From an uncultured Chloroflexia bacterium (GTDB lineage Bacteria > Chloroflexota > Limnocylindria > Limnocylindrales > CSP1-4): DNA of 64,000 nt. Positions 20,042 to 30,143 of this stretch are shown here, in pieces. The position numbers and the translations under genes are program-made. Positions within the stretch are counted from its first letter, which is position 1; each line of letters begins with the position of its first letter. The stretch covers positions 480,001 to 544,000 of the forward strand of contig CAVXPZ010000003.1 of NCBI GenBank assembly GCA_963763775.1, in the 5' to 3' direction. The notes beneath the pieces are model-generated. The model searched no databases. It had not been told where the DNA came from and saw only the letters and a list, made by a program, of their open reading frames with translations.

Positions 20042-21920
20042 GTGGGCAAGAACGTCGCCGTCTTCGTGGACGTCGCGAACATCTTCTATGCGGCCAAGGC
20101 GGCCGGGGTGGACATCGACTACGTCACCCTGCTGAAGTCCGCCACGGCTGGCCGTGACCTCGTCCGGGCGTACGCCTACACCGGGCTGGACCCCGACAAC
20201 GAGAACCAGCGCAATTTCCACGACTTCCTGCGCCGGAGCAACTACAAGGTCGTCAGCAAGGACATCCGCAAGTACGGCGACGGCAAGGTCAAGGCGAACC
20301 TCGACATCGAGCTGGTCGTCGACATGATGAAGACGGCTCGGAACCTCGACATCGCGATCGTCGTGTCCGGCGACGGGGACTTCGCCCCGGCGATCCGCGC
20401 CGTCCAGGAGATGGGCGTCCGCTGCGAGGTCATCAGCTTCCGCGGCAACACCAGCTCCGACCTGATCGAGGTCGCGGACCTCTTCACCGACATCATCCAG
20501 CTCGCCCGCGTCGAGAAGGGCTCGCGATCGGGCCGCCGCGTCTCCGACGACGATGCGGACCTGTCGATGACCGAGGTGCCCGACAAGCAGACCGAGGGGA
20601 CCGGTGCGGGCCGCGGCCGAGGTCGTGGCCGTGGCCGCGGCCGGACGGAAGCGGAACCCGTGGCCGCGTCCGCGGGTCGAGGCCGCGATCGAGGGCGAGC
20701 CGTCGCCCGGCCGGCGGCGGCTGCTGCTGCCGCATCGGGCGGGACCGTCGTCGCCATGCCCGGGGAGCGCCTGTCGCGAGCCGGCGGCCTGACGGAAGCC
20801 GATCTCGCCGCTGCCGAAGTGTTCACCCTCGACGATCTCGAGGTCACGAGTGCCGATGACGGCACCGCGGCTGACGCCGACGTCGAGCTCGATGCCGACG
20901 GCACCCCGCGTCGCCGACGCCGTCGCGGTGGTCGCGGCCGTGGTCGCGGCCGTGGTCGCGGCGAAGGCGAGTTCGCGGAGAGCGCTCCGGCCTCGGAGGC
21001 CGGCGCCGTCGAGAGCACGAACGGCGCCGCGCCGGTCGAGTTCGACGAGGACGAGGACGACGAGGACATCGAGGTGGTCGAGACCGCGCCCAAGGGGCCG
21101 CGAACGACCCCGTTCGGCTCGGTCTGGGACTCCCAGCTCGGGACGCCCGCTCCGCGCAGCGCCGCACCGCTCCCGCCGATCACGGACGACGAGGACTTCG
21201 ACGAGCCGGAGATCCCGGAGTACCTCATCGCGGAGCAGCGTCGCGGCAACAGCGGCGGCAACGCCGGTCGCGGTGGCAGCCGTGGCGGCCCTCGTGGCGG
21301 CCGGGCCGCCTACCAGTCCGCGGTGTCGCGCGAGCGGTACGGCGGTCGTGGCGGCGGCGGTGGGATCAACCGGTACCCCGACGTGAGCGGCCGGACGGCC
21401 GCGCCACGCGAGGACCGTTCCTATGACCGTGGGGATCGCCCCGCCGCCAGTCCCGCGCCGCGTCGCAGCAGCGGGGAGTGGAGCGAGGTCCCGCCGGAGC
21501 TCGAAGCCCAGCTTCGGGCCCAGATCGCGCAGAAGCCGGCCGGCCGGTCCGCGCCGGAGCCCGTCGCCGAGCCGGAGGCCGCGGCTGCGGTGTCCGCGAC
21601 CGACGACCGGCGCCGAGGCCGCCGCGCCGAAGCGCCGGACCACCCGGAAGCCGGCGGCTTCGGCCGACGCTCCCGCGGACGGTGCCGCGGACACGACCGA
21701 GACGGCGGCGCCGAAGCGCCGGACCACCACCCGGAAGCCGGCGGCATCGGCCGCCTCGGCCGCTGGGTCCGCGACCGACGACGCCGTCAAGGCGGCGCCG
21801 AAGCCTCGGACCACCCGCAAGGCGGCGGCCTCGGCCGACGCTCCCGCGGACGGTTCGGCCGACGCGACCGAGACGGCGGCGCCGAAGCGCCGGACCACCC
21901 GCAAGACCACCGCTTCCTGA
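20042..21920 (+). CDS. NYN/LabA (DUF88) domain protein with long low-complexity C-terminus (frameshift at ~21605)
   Basis: VFVDVANI, KANLDIELVVD, VSGDGDF, ADLFTD; AAGGAG RBS; R/G-rich, acidic and APKRRTTRK segments. Confidence 0.85.
21625..21910 (+). repeat. Imperfect intragenic repeats encoding APK(R/P)RTTRK...ADAPADG...TETAAPKRRTT
   Basis: Two near-identical ~100-nt blocks and four APKxRTT units. Confidence 0.75.
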
Positions 21921-21928
21921 GCGACGCC

Positions 21929-23189
21929 GTGGATGGGGCCCGGACCCGGGGTCACGCGTCGGCGCTCGTCGCCATCGGCGCGATGCTCCGGTCCGGGGCG
22001 CCGCACGCGGTACTGCTCAGTGGGCCGTCGGGGATCGGCAAGACGACCCTCGCCCTCGACCTGGCGGCCGGTCTGCTCTGCCAGGATCCGGACGTGGCCG
22101 CTCGGCCGTGCCGGGACTGCCGCGGCTGCCGCCTGGTCGCTGCCGGGTCCCACCCGGACCTGCACTGGCTCCGGCCGACCGGGGCGGGTGGCCAGGTCAT
22201 CGTCGGGAAGCCGGAAGACGTGCCCGACACGCCCCCTCGCGGCGTCCGCCATCTGCTGCACGACCTGTCCCGACTGCCGCTCGAGGGCGGGCAGCGCGTG
22301 GCCATCGTCGAATCGGCGCACCGCATGGCCGACCCCGCGCAGGGCGCCCTGCTCAAGACGCTCGAGGAGCCGCCGGCCGGGGTCACGATCATCCTCTGCG
22401 CCGACGAGGAGGCGATGCTCCTGCCGACCATCCGGTCACGGTGTGCCCGGATCCGTCTTGGGCCGGTCGGGCCGCGCGACATCGAGGCGATCCTCGCCGA
22501 TCAGGGGGTCGACGACGCGCCTCTGGCCGCGCGCCTGGCGCGACTCGCGGCCGGACGGCCGGGCCTGGCCCTCGCCTGGGCGAGGGCGCCCGAGGCGCTG
22601 CGCCTTCGCGGTGAGCTCGCCCGGACCCTGCTCGACCTGCTCGACCGCGGTCCCGCGGCCCGCCTGACCGCCATGCGGGAGGCGATCCCCATCGCCATGA
22701 AGCTCGTGGCGGGCCTCGATGCCGGGTCCGCGGCGGCGACGGCGGACGCCGGGGGCGCGGCCAAAGCCGGACCCAAGGGGCGACGCCGACCGGCCTCGGG
22801 TGCGGCCGCGTCCGTCGACACCGACACCGGCGCCACGGCGCCGATCGCTGACGCGGACGGCGACGACCCTGAAGCGGTGGACGCGGACGCTCCGGTGAAG
22901 GCGGCGCCGGTGTCCCAGCGGCGCCGCGCGGCGGAGGTCATCGTGACCATCTGGATCGATATCGCGCGCGATCTCGCCCTCGCCCAGGTCGGGGCCACCC
23001 GGTCCGTCCACGACCCGGCGCTCCTCGAGGAGACGACACGGGCCGCGGCCGGGCTGGCCCCGGGCGCGGCCGCGACCGCACTCGGCGAGCCTCGAACAGG
23101 GGGCCAATCTCATCGCATCGAACCTGTCACCGGAGCTGGTCCTCGACGACCTCGCGATGCGCTGGCCGCACCGCCGCGCGGCCGCCTGA
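21929..23189 (+). CDS. holB: DNA polymerase III delta' subunit (frameshift at ~23090)
   Basis: PHAVLLSGPSGIGKT, C...PCRDCRGC, HPDLH, ALLKTLEEPP, LLPTIRSRC; C-terminus NLSPELVLDDL in shifted frame. Confidence 0.87.
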
Positions 23190-23210
23190 TGACCGAGCGC
23201 GGGGGGCTCG

Positions 23211-23528
23211 ATGCGGCCGCGGACGAGGCGACCGATCCCGGCGCGCGTCGAGGCCGTGGTGCGGGGGGTCGTGCAAGGGGTCGGTTACCGATACTTCGCG
23301 TGGCGTGAAGCGATGGACCTCGACCTGCGGGGCTGGGTCTCGAACGAGGCCGACGGGTCCGTCCGCTGCCTTGCGGAAGGACGGCGGGCCGACCTCGACA
23401 CCTTCGTCGAGCGCCTCCGGGCCGGTCCGCCGGCGGCCCTCGTGGAGCGTGTCGACGTCCGCTGGATGCCGCCGACCGGTGGCCTCGGCCCGTTCGCGGT
23501 CCGCAGCGGCGCCCATCGGGGCGACTGA
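23211..23528 (+). CDS. acyP: Acylphosphatase
   Basis: VRGVVQGVGYR, GWVSNEADGSV, GPPAALV; true start may be ATG 23189 with a frameshift. Confidence 0.9.
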   Translation: MRPRTRRPIPARVEAVVRGVVQGVGYRYFAWREAMDLDLRGWVSNEADGSVRCLAEGRRADLDTFVERLRAGPPAALVERVDVRWMPPTGGLGPFAVRSGAHRGD

Positions 23529-23640
23529 GCCGGCACCGATCGCCGCCGGACGCCGGGACGGGTACAACACCATCAGCCACCGCCGGACGGGACCGCTGGG
23601 CTATTCCCGCCGGGACCATCGGAGGCGCATCGTGACCACG

Positions 23641-23901
23641 ATGGAGCAGAACTCGCCCGCCGAAGAACTGCCTGCGCTCTATCGCGCCATCCTCGACCGA
23701 GTCGCGGAACTCGAGGCCGGGGGCGACCGAGCGGAGGCCGCGCGCGTGCGCGCCACCGCCACCCGGATCTACTCGCGAGCCTGGGACGAGCGGGCGCGGC
23801 GCGGGCTGACCGCCCTGCTCCGCGATGCCGCCGCGCCACCGCCGACCGGCGAGACCGCGCACACCCACGGCGTGCGCAGCGGGAGCGTCGCCACCTCCTG
23901 A
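23641..23901 (+). CDS. Small hypothetical helical protein
   Basis: MEQNSPAEELPALYRAILDRVAELE...YSRAWDE; GGAGG upstream. Confidence 0.6.
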   Translation: MEQNSPAEELPALYRAILDRVAELEAGGDRAEAARVRATATRIYSRAWDERARRGLTALLRDAAAPPPTGETAHTHGVRSGSVATS

Positions 23902-23929
23902 CCCCGTCCGAGGTCGTAGGCTGTCCCCG

Positions 23930-24232
23930 ATGGCCGATCCGACCCTGCATGACGTGTTGACCCGCGCGCTCGACGCCTACGCCGCCCTCGAGCTCCTCGG
24001 CGAGGACATCGAGGACGAGTGGACGTACGTCACCGACCTCGAGGCAGCCTGGCGCGAGCGCCTGTCGGAGGTGGACGCGGCCCGCGGCTCCGAGCCGCTG
24101 GACCCGACGACCGAAGCCGCCATCGACCGCGCGATCGACGAGATCGGGCGGATCGAGGATCCGCACCGGGCGATCGACTGGCTCTCGACGTTCCCGCAGG
24201 TCGTCCTCGTGGCGCTCGGCGCCTCGCTGTGA
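23930..24232 (+). CDS. Small acidic hypothetical protein
   Basis: MADPTLHD...EDIEDEWTYV...IEDPHRAIDWLSTFPQ; TAGGCT -10 is 7 nt upstream. Confidence 0.7.
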   Translation: MADPTLHDVLTRALDAYAALELLGEDIEDEWTYVTDLEAAWRERLSEVDAARGSEPLDPTTEAAIDRAIDEIGRIEDPHRAIDWLSTFPQVVLVALGASL

Positions 24233-24903
24233 GGTTCCAGGATGCCGCGCGCGATGCGCGGGCCGTGGTCTATGCCGGGATCCAGGCCGACCCCCTCGTC
24301 GCGCGGATCGCCGGCCGGTTGGCCGATGCGAGCGTGCCGCAGCGGGTGCTGGCTCGTGCCGTGATGAATGGTGAGACGACGGACGCCGGTGCGTGGCGTG
24401 CGATGTTCCCGACGCTGTTCGACGCCGCGGCCGAGGCGGCCGACCTCGAGCGGAGCGAGGCCGTCCTGGCCGCGTCCCTCGAGGTCGCCGAGCGCGGCGA
24501 GCAGGTCCGAAGCCAGTTCCGAGGCGCCATCGTGGAGGCCGTCACGGCCGAGTTGCTCGCGCGGCGGGTCGGTGCGGACGCGGTCCGCCGCGAACGGCGG
24601 ATCCTCTTCGACGGTGTCACCGCCGAGATCCACCCATACGACGTCACGGTGGAACGTACCGGATCCGCCGAGGCCTACGACTGCAAGTGGGGCGCACGCG
24701 GCATCAACGCCGACGTGCTGTACCAGCTCGACGACGCGCGGACGCACGCGGCCGACGAGGAGGAGCCGCTGTCGGTCGCGCTCGTCGTGTTCGATGCGGA
24801 GCGCTCCTGCCGCGTCCGCCTCGAGCGCCAGACGGCCCCGACCACGGACACCGCGCTCGTCTCGCTCGAGTCGCTCGATCGGCTCGCCGGGGCGGATCGG
24901 TGA
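24229..24903 (+). CDS. Hypothetical protein with C-terminal PD-(D/E)XK nuclease-like motif
   Basis: GAIVE...HPYDVTV...AEAYDCKWG; GTGA overlaps on both sides. Confidence 0.65.
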   Translation: MRFQDAARDARAVVYAGIQADPLVARIAGRLADASVPQRVLARAVMNGETTDAGAWRAMFPTLFDAAAEAADLERSEAVLAASLEVAERGEQVRSQFRGAIVEAVTAELLARRVGADAVRRERRILFDGVTAEIHPYDVTVERTGSAEAYDCKWGARGINADVLYQLDDARTHAADEEEPLSVALVVFDAERSCRVRLERQTAPTTDTALVSLESLDRLAGADR

Positions 24904-25643
24904 GCGATCGCGAGCCCGACCGCTGCTCGCAGCCCTACCGCGTGCGCTTCGACGAAGCCGGGCCGGACAGCCGGGTCCGCACGTCGGTCCTGCTCCGCTA
25001 CACGCAGGACCTCGCCTCGTACCACTCCGCGGTCCGTGGCTTCGACCGCGCCTGGTATCGGGAGCGCGGACTCGTCTGGCTGGTCCGAGCGGCCGAAGTG
25101 GCGGTGCTGGCACCGATCGCCTACGGCGATGACATGGTCGGCACGACCCAGGTGGTCGGGTGGCGGCGGGTCTGGGCACGCCGGCGGACGGAGTTCCACG
25201 ACGCCGCCGGATCGCTGCTCGCGTGGGTCCACATCGACTGGGTCCTTCTCGACGCGCGGTTCCGGCCGACGCGGATCCCGCCCGAGTTCGACGGGGCGTT
25301 CGGGGCGCCCGAGGCCACGTTCCCGCTGGGTCGCGTCGAGCTCGGCGCGGCGCCGGCCGACGTCGTAGTTCGGTCCTTCTCCGTCCGGCCGCAGGAGCTC
25401 GACCCGATGGACCACGCGAACAACGCCGTCTACGCGGACTGGCTCGACGAGTCTGTGATCGAGGCCGGGGACGTCGCCGCGACCAGGGCCGTGCCCCGCC
25501 GAGTCCGGCTCGAGTACGCCCAGTCGGCGGAACGCGGCGCCGCGGTGGATGCCGTCACGTGGCGGGCCGACGGCGGGTGGTCGTGCCGATGCTCCGACGC
25601 CACCGGGACCGAGCTGCTCCGCGCCACCTTGGTGCCCGCGTGA
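24900..25643 (+). CDS. Acyl-ACP thioesterase (double hot-dog fold)
   Basis: YRVRFDE, LLRYTQD, VRPQELDPMDHANNAVYADW. Confidence 0.85.
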   Translation: MSDREPDRCSQPYRVRFDEAGPDSRVRTSVLLRYTQDLASYHSAVRGFDRAWYRERGLVWLVRAAEVAVLAPIAYGDDMVGTTQVVGWRRVWARRRTEFHDAAGSLLAWVHIDWVLLDARFRPTRIPPEFDGAFGAPEATFPLGRVELGAAPADVVVRSFSVRPQELDPMDHANNAVYADWLDESVIEAGDVAATRAVPRRVRLEYAQSAERGAAVDAVTWRADGGWSCRCSDATGTELLRATLVPA

Positions 25644-26158
25644 GCGATCCGGCCCCGACGCTTCGCGGCGACCGCGTGATCCTGCGGCCGGTGACGCCGG
25701 GCGATCGCCCGAGATTGCGCGAGGTCCTCGCCGAACCGTCCGTCGCGCGCTGGTGGACGTACGGGTCGCCCGACGAGCGCGTCGCCGACTGGCTCGACGA
25801 CGCCGACTCGGTGATCCTCGCGATCGAGGTCGACGGCGAGGTCGTCGGGAGCATCCAGTTCTTCGAGGAGCCCGGCGCCGACTACCGGCATGCCTCGATC
25901 GACCTGTTCCTCGCGACGGCCTTCCAGGACCAGGGACTCGGACCGGAGGCGATCCGACTGGTGGCGCGCCACCTCATCGAGGCGCGCGGCCACCATCGAC
26001 TGACGATCGACCCGTCGGCCGCGAACGCCCGCGCGATCCGCGCCTATGCGCGCGTCGGGTTCCGCCCGGTCGGGGTCATGCGGTCCTACGAGCGCGGCCC
26101 GGACGGGACGTGGCACGACGGCCTGCTCATGGACATGCTCGCCGGCGAGCTGCGATAG
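25640..26158 (+). CDS. GNAT N-acetyltransferase
   Basis: EPSVARWW, QDQGLG, HRLTIDPSAANARAIRAYARVGF. Confidence 0.88.
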   Translation: MSDPAPTLRGDRVILRPVTPGDRPRLREVLAEPSVARWWTYGSPDERVADWLDDADSVILAIEVDGEVVGSIQFFEEPGADYRHASIDLFLATAFQDQGLGPEAIRLVARHLIEARGHHRLTIDPSAANARAIRAYARVGFRPVGVMRSYERGPDGTWHDGLLMDMLAGELR

Positions 26159-26266
26159 CCCGCTCGCGACGGCCGGGCAGGCCTTCGACCGTTCCGACGC
26201 ACGGACGCACCGGCCGGATCCGCACGAGACGGACCCGGCCGGCGGGAGACGAGCGCCCCCGGCTCC

Positions 26267-27070
26267 CTAGAGCTCCTGGCGGTCGAAGACCAGCTTCGCC
26301 CCGACGACGATGACGACCATCGACACCAGCCAGCCGGCGAGGGTCAGGACCGAGGCCGGATCGCCCTTGGCGGTCGCCATGGCCCACACGCCGATCGAGG
26401 TCGGGGAGAGGTCTCCGACGATCGGCAGGAGACCGCCGAGGATCTGCGGGATGAACATCACGGCGAAGGCGGCACCGGCCACCCCGGCGGTCGACTTGAT
26501 GGCCGTCCCGAGGCCGATGGTCAACGCGATGTAGAAGGCCGGCAGCGTGAGGAACAGCAGGCCGAAGGTCGCCACGGTGGCGAGGTCCGGCAGGCCGCCG
26601 TACACGACGGTCGCGAGCGCCGAGGCCACCATGAGCGGCACGATGACCGCCGCGGCGCTGAACACGAGGAACGCGGCGAGGAACTTGGCGGCGATGATGC
26701 TGGTCGGCGCGACCGGGTTGGTGAGGCTCCACGCGAGCGTCCCGCGGTCGCGCTCGGTCGAGACCAGGGCCATCGTGGCCACGACCGCGATCAGTGCGAC
26801 GGTCTGACCTGTCCAGCCGAGCAGCACGTTCGTGGTCGGGTCCATCGTCTTGAGACCGGCGGCCTCCGCCTCATGGGTGGCCTCGGCGATGAACGGGATG
26901 AGGGTCATGAACACCGCTCCGGCGATCGAGACGCCGGCGATGATCAGGGCCTTGGGCCCGCGCAGCCACTCGGTCAGCTCCTTGCGGAACACGGTGCCGA
27001 AGCCGAGGAACATGTCGCCGCGGGGGCGGGATGTGACGGCCGGATCGATGGTCACGGACTGGGCGGTCAT
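26267..27070 (-). CDS. ABC-2 type permease
   Basis: RKELTEW, ERDRGTLAW, AAKF, ~6 TM, FDRQEL end. Confidence 0.85.
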   Translation of the reverse strand: MTAQSVTIDPAVTSRPRGDMFLGFGTVFRKELTEWLRGPKALIIAGVSIAGAVFMTLIPFIAEATHEAEAAGLKTMDPTTNVLLGWTGQTVALIAVVATMALVSTERDRGTLAWSLTNPVAPTSIIAAKFLAAFLVFSAAAVIVPLMVASALATVVYGGLPDLATVATFGLLFLTLPAFYIALTIGLGTAIKSTAGVAGAAFAVMFIPQILGGLLPIVGDLSPTSIGVWAMATAKGDPASVLTLAGWLVSMVVIVVGAKLVFDRQEL

Positions 27071-27852
27071 GCCGCCACCTCCTTCTGTGCCGATGGACGC
27101 ACGCTTGCCTGCGTGCTGTAGGACCTGGATCGGACGATGAGCGCGACCGCGATCACCAGGTAGATGGACCCGGTGGCCAGCAGTGCCGACGTGCGGTCGA
27201 CGCCCGGAAGCAGGATCGGGATCGAGATGTTGGCGGCGCCGTGCATCACGGTGGCGACGACGACGCTATATCGGGCCCGCTCGGCGACGAAGCCGATGAC
27301 GACGGCGAACGGCACCACCCACCACGCGAAGACCGCGAAGGCGGCGAGGCCCTGGTCTGGCTGGAGATAGATGGGCAGGTGCCAGAGCGTCCAGACGATG
27401 CCGGTCACGAGGCCCGCCGCCGGGAGGCTCATCCGCGTCCGAAGCCGCGGCATGAGGAACCCGCGCCAGCCGATCTCCTCGCCGATGACGAGGACGAAGA
27501 TCAGCATCTCGACGGCGCTGACCGAGCCGACGCCTGGAGCGGCATGGCCGACGAGCGTGTAGGCCGCGACCGCCCCGGCGGCGACCGCGAACGGGATCCC
27601 GAGCGCGGCGGCGTACGAGGACGGCGCTTCGCGCCAGTCGGCGATCCGCCGCCGAAGGTCGCCGATCGAGCCATCGGCCCAGGTCACCACGAGCGCGCCG
27701 AGCGCCGGGCCGAACAGCGCCAGGAGCCCGAACATGACCGACACCGAGAGCAGCCCGGTCATGGCCCACGACGAGCCGAAGGCGATGACGAGGAAGGACG
27801 GGATCGGATGGCGGGCGATGACGCCCCGGACCGGCCCGGCCACGGCGGTCAT
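27067..27852 (-). CDS. CPBP (Abi/CAAX) intramembrane metalloprotease
   Basis: GEEIGWRG, WTLWHLP, HGAAN motifs. Confidence 0.88.
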   Translation of the reverse strand: MTAVAGPVRGVIARHPIPSFLVIAFGSSWAMTGLLSVSVMFGLLALFGPALGALVVTWADGSIGDLRRRIADWREAPSSYAAALGIPFAVAAGAVAAYTLVGHAAPGVGSVSAVEMLIFVLVIGEEIGWRGFLMPRLRTRMSLPAAGLVTGIVWTLWHLPIYLQPDQGLAAFAVFAWWVVPFAVVIGFVAERARYSVVVATVMHGAANISIPILLPGVDRTSALLATGSIYLVIAVALIVRSRSYSTQASVRPSAQKEVAA

Positions 27853-28799
27853 GCCGCCACCTCCTGCTGGTCGATGAGGCGCAGGAAGACGGTCTCGAGG
27901 TCGAGGGTCTCCTCCGCGTTGCTGATGAGCGTCAGCCCGGCGTCCACCGCGAAGCGCGTGATCGAGCGCTGGACGGTCGCCGAGGCCCCGTCGAGGCTGG
28001 TCACGTCGAAGGTCGTGACGTCGGACGTCCGCTGCACGAGGGTCACCTGGGCCACGCCCGGGAGACCGCGCAGTCCGGCGGCCGTGTCGTCCGTCGCGCC
28101 GCCGAGGACGACGCGGAGCATGTTGCGGGTGAACGAGCCCAGCAGGTCCTGGGTCGGGGCCGCCTTGACGAGCCGCCCGTGGTCGAGGATCGCGACGTGG
28201 TCGCTCACCCGCTGGACGTCGTCGAGGATGTGCGTCGAGTAGAAGACCGTCGTCTCGCCCTTGAGCTCGCGCATCAGGTCGAGCACGTCCTTGCGGCCGA
28301 TGGGGTCCAGGGCCGAGACCGGCTCGTCGAGCAGGAGCACCGCCGGTCGGCCGACGAGGGCCTGGGCGATGCCCAACCGCTGACGCATCCCGCCGGAGTA
28401 CGTGGCGGTCCGACGATCGCCGGCCTCGGCGATGCCGACGCGACCCAGGAGGGTCGTGATCCGGCGCTCGCGATCCGGGTCGGCGCCACGGAAGCGCGCC
28501 GCGTACCGGAGGGTCTCGCGTCCGGTCATCCAGCCGTAGAACCTGGGGTCCTGGGCGAGGTACCCGAGCTGCCGCCGATGATCGCCGGCGGCCGATACCG
28601 GGACGCCGTTGATCGTCGCGCCGCCGGCCGTGCTCCGGGCGAGACCGGCGAGGACCTTGAGGGTGGTGGTCTTGCCCGCTCCGTTCGGGCCGAGAAAGCC
28701 GAACACGGTGCCGGATGGCACGTCCAGCGTGAGGTCGGTGAGGGCCTGGACACCCTGGTAGTGCTTCGTCAGGCCGACCATCGAGATGGCGTTCGTCAT
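27849..28799 (-). CDS. ABC-2 type ATP-binding protein
   Basis: GPNGAGKT, YSGGMRQR, LLDEP, STHIL. Confidence 0.92.
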   Translation of the reverse strand: MTNAISMVGLTKHYQGVQALTDLTLDVPSGTVFGFLGPNGAGKTTTLKVLAGLARSTAGGATINGVPVSAAGDHRRQLGYLAQDPRFYGWMTGRETLRYAARFRGADPDRERRITTLLGRVGIAEAGDRRTATYSGGMRQRLGIAQALVGRPAVLLLDEPVSALDPIGRKDVLDLMRELKGETTVFYSTHILDDVQRVSDHVAILDHGRLVKAAPTQDLLGSFTRNMLRVVLGGATDDTAAGLRGLPGVAQVTLVQRTSDVTTFDVTSLDGASATVQRSITRFAVDAGLTLISNAEETLDLETVFLRLIDQQEVAA

Positions 28800-28893
28800 G
28801 CGTCTGCTCCCTTCCGAGCGCGGCGGTCGCCTCGCTGACCCGAGCCTGGGAGCCGTCGCCCCGGGTGCCATCCGGGCTCCCCCGACAACCGGG

Positions 28894-28936
28894 GCAGGGT
28901 CAGCCCTCCGGGCCATTCGCGGGCCTGCCCCGATGG
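28894..28936 (+). promoter_or_regulatory. 43-bp regulatory element, copy 1
   Basis: GCAGGGTCAGCCCT-N9-TCGCGGGCCTGCCCCGATGG; same length and pattern as 32943-32985. Confidence 0.6.
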
Positions 28937-29006
28937 GGCTGATGCCGGCCGGCGCGAGTCTCACTCCACGGGCGATATGGACCTGCCCGACCAAGGAGAT
29001 CGACCG

Positions 29007-30112
29007 ATGACCGCGACGACTGACCCCCGGCCTCGCCGGACCGCCCGGAAGTACATCCGACGAGCCGCCACCGCCTTCCTGCTGGTCGTGGTGGTCGGCC
29101 TCGGGCTCGGATTCGGGTACGAGACGGTCAGCGCGTGGAGTGACGCGCGGGACCATCCCGCGCCCGGGACGCTGGTGGATGTCGGTGGCGTTCGGATGCA
29201 CCTCCGCTGTGTCGGCGAGGGCAGCCCGACGGTGGTGCTGGACGCTGGCCTCGGCGGGTGGTCGCTGGACTGGGCACTGGTCCAGCCGTCGATCGGCGCG
29301 ATGACGCGCGTCTGTTCGTACGACCGGCCCGGGATGGGCTGGAGCGAGCGCTCGCGACGAGCCCCGGGACGCCGAGCATGCCGTCGCCGAGCTGCACGCG
29401 TTGCTGGCCGACGGCGGTGTGACGGGACCCTTGCTCCTCGTCGGGCACTCGAACGGCGGGCTTCGGACCGTCCTGTACGCAGCGACGCTACCCCGAAGAC
29501 GTGGCTGGCCTCGTCCTCGTCGATCCGACGCCGATCGCGTCCGATGACGACCAGCTGGCCTTCCTGACCCCGGCCGAGCAGGACGAGCTGCGTTCCCTCG
29601 ACGCCTCGTCGGCGACGGCACCATCGGGCGGCGGAGTGTCGCTCCTCGACGTGATCGCGACGCTGCGGCCGTTCGGGATCGCCCGGCTCCTGTCGGGCGG
29701 TTTCACGCACGGCACGGTCTACGACTACCTGGACCCGGCGGCACAGGCCGACTACCGCGCCGGCATCAACGGGTCGTCCTTCCTCGAGACCCTCATGGCC
29801 GAGACCGCGACGCGCGACGCGAGCATCGAGCAGGTCCGCCGGGCCACCGCCGGGGCGACGCCCCTTGGCGACACCCCGCTCGCGGTCCTGGCCTCGACGG
29901 GTCTGACGGCATTCGCCGCCGATCCCGTGCCGGCGAGACTCGCCGGTCGGAAGGGCGAGCTGCTGACGAAGCTCCGCGTGGCGGCGGTCGCGGACCTCGC
30001 CCGGCTGTCAGCTCGTGGCAGCGCGACCACGATCACGGGATCCGGCCACTACGTCCAGATCGACCGACCCGACGCCGTGATCGCGGCGATCAGGACGATG
30101 CTCGGGAGATGA
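29007..30112 (+). CDS. Membrane-anchored alpha/beta hydrolase (frameshifts at ~29365 and ~29490)
   Basis: GEGSPTVVL, YDRPGMGWS, GHSNGG nucleophile elbow, GLVLVD, SGHYVQIDRPD. Confidence 0.8.
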
Positions 30113-30143
30113 CCGGTGGCGGCGAGGCCTCCGCGGTCACCGA

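Noticed and set aside
19577-23308. 1243-aa apparent NYN-HolB fusion in the ORF track
   Set aside because: Artefact of the frameshift at ~21605; the NYN tail continues in another frame and stops at 21920
25640-26158. Aminoglycoside 6'-acetyltransferase resistance gene
   Set aside because: Only family-level GNAT similarity can be supported; the substrate is unknown
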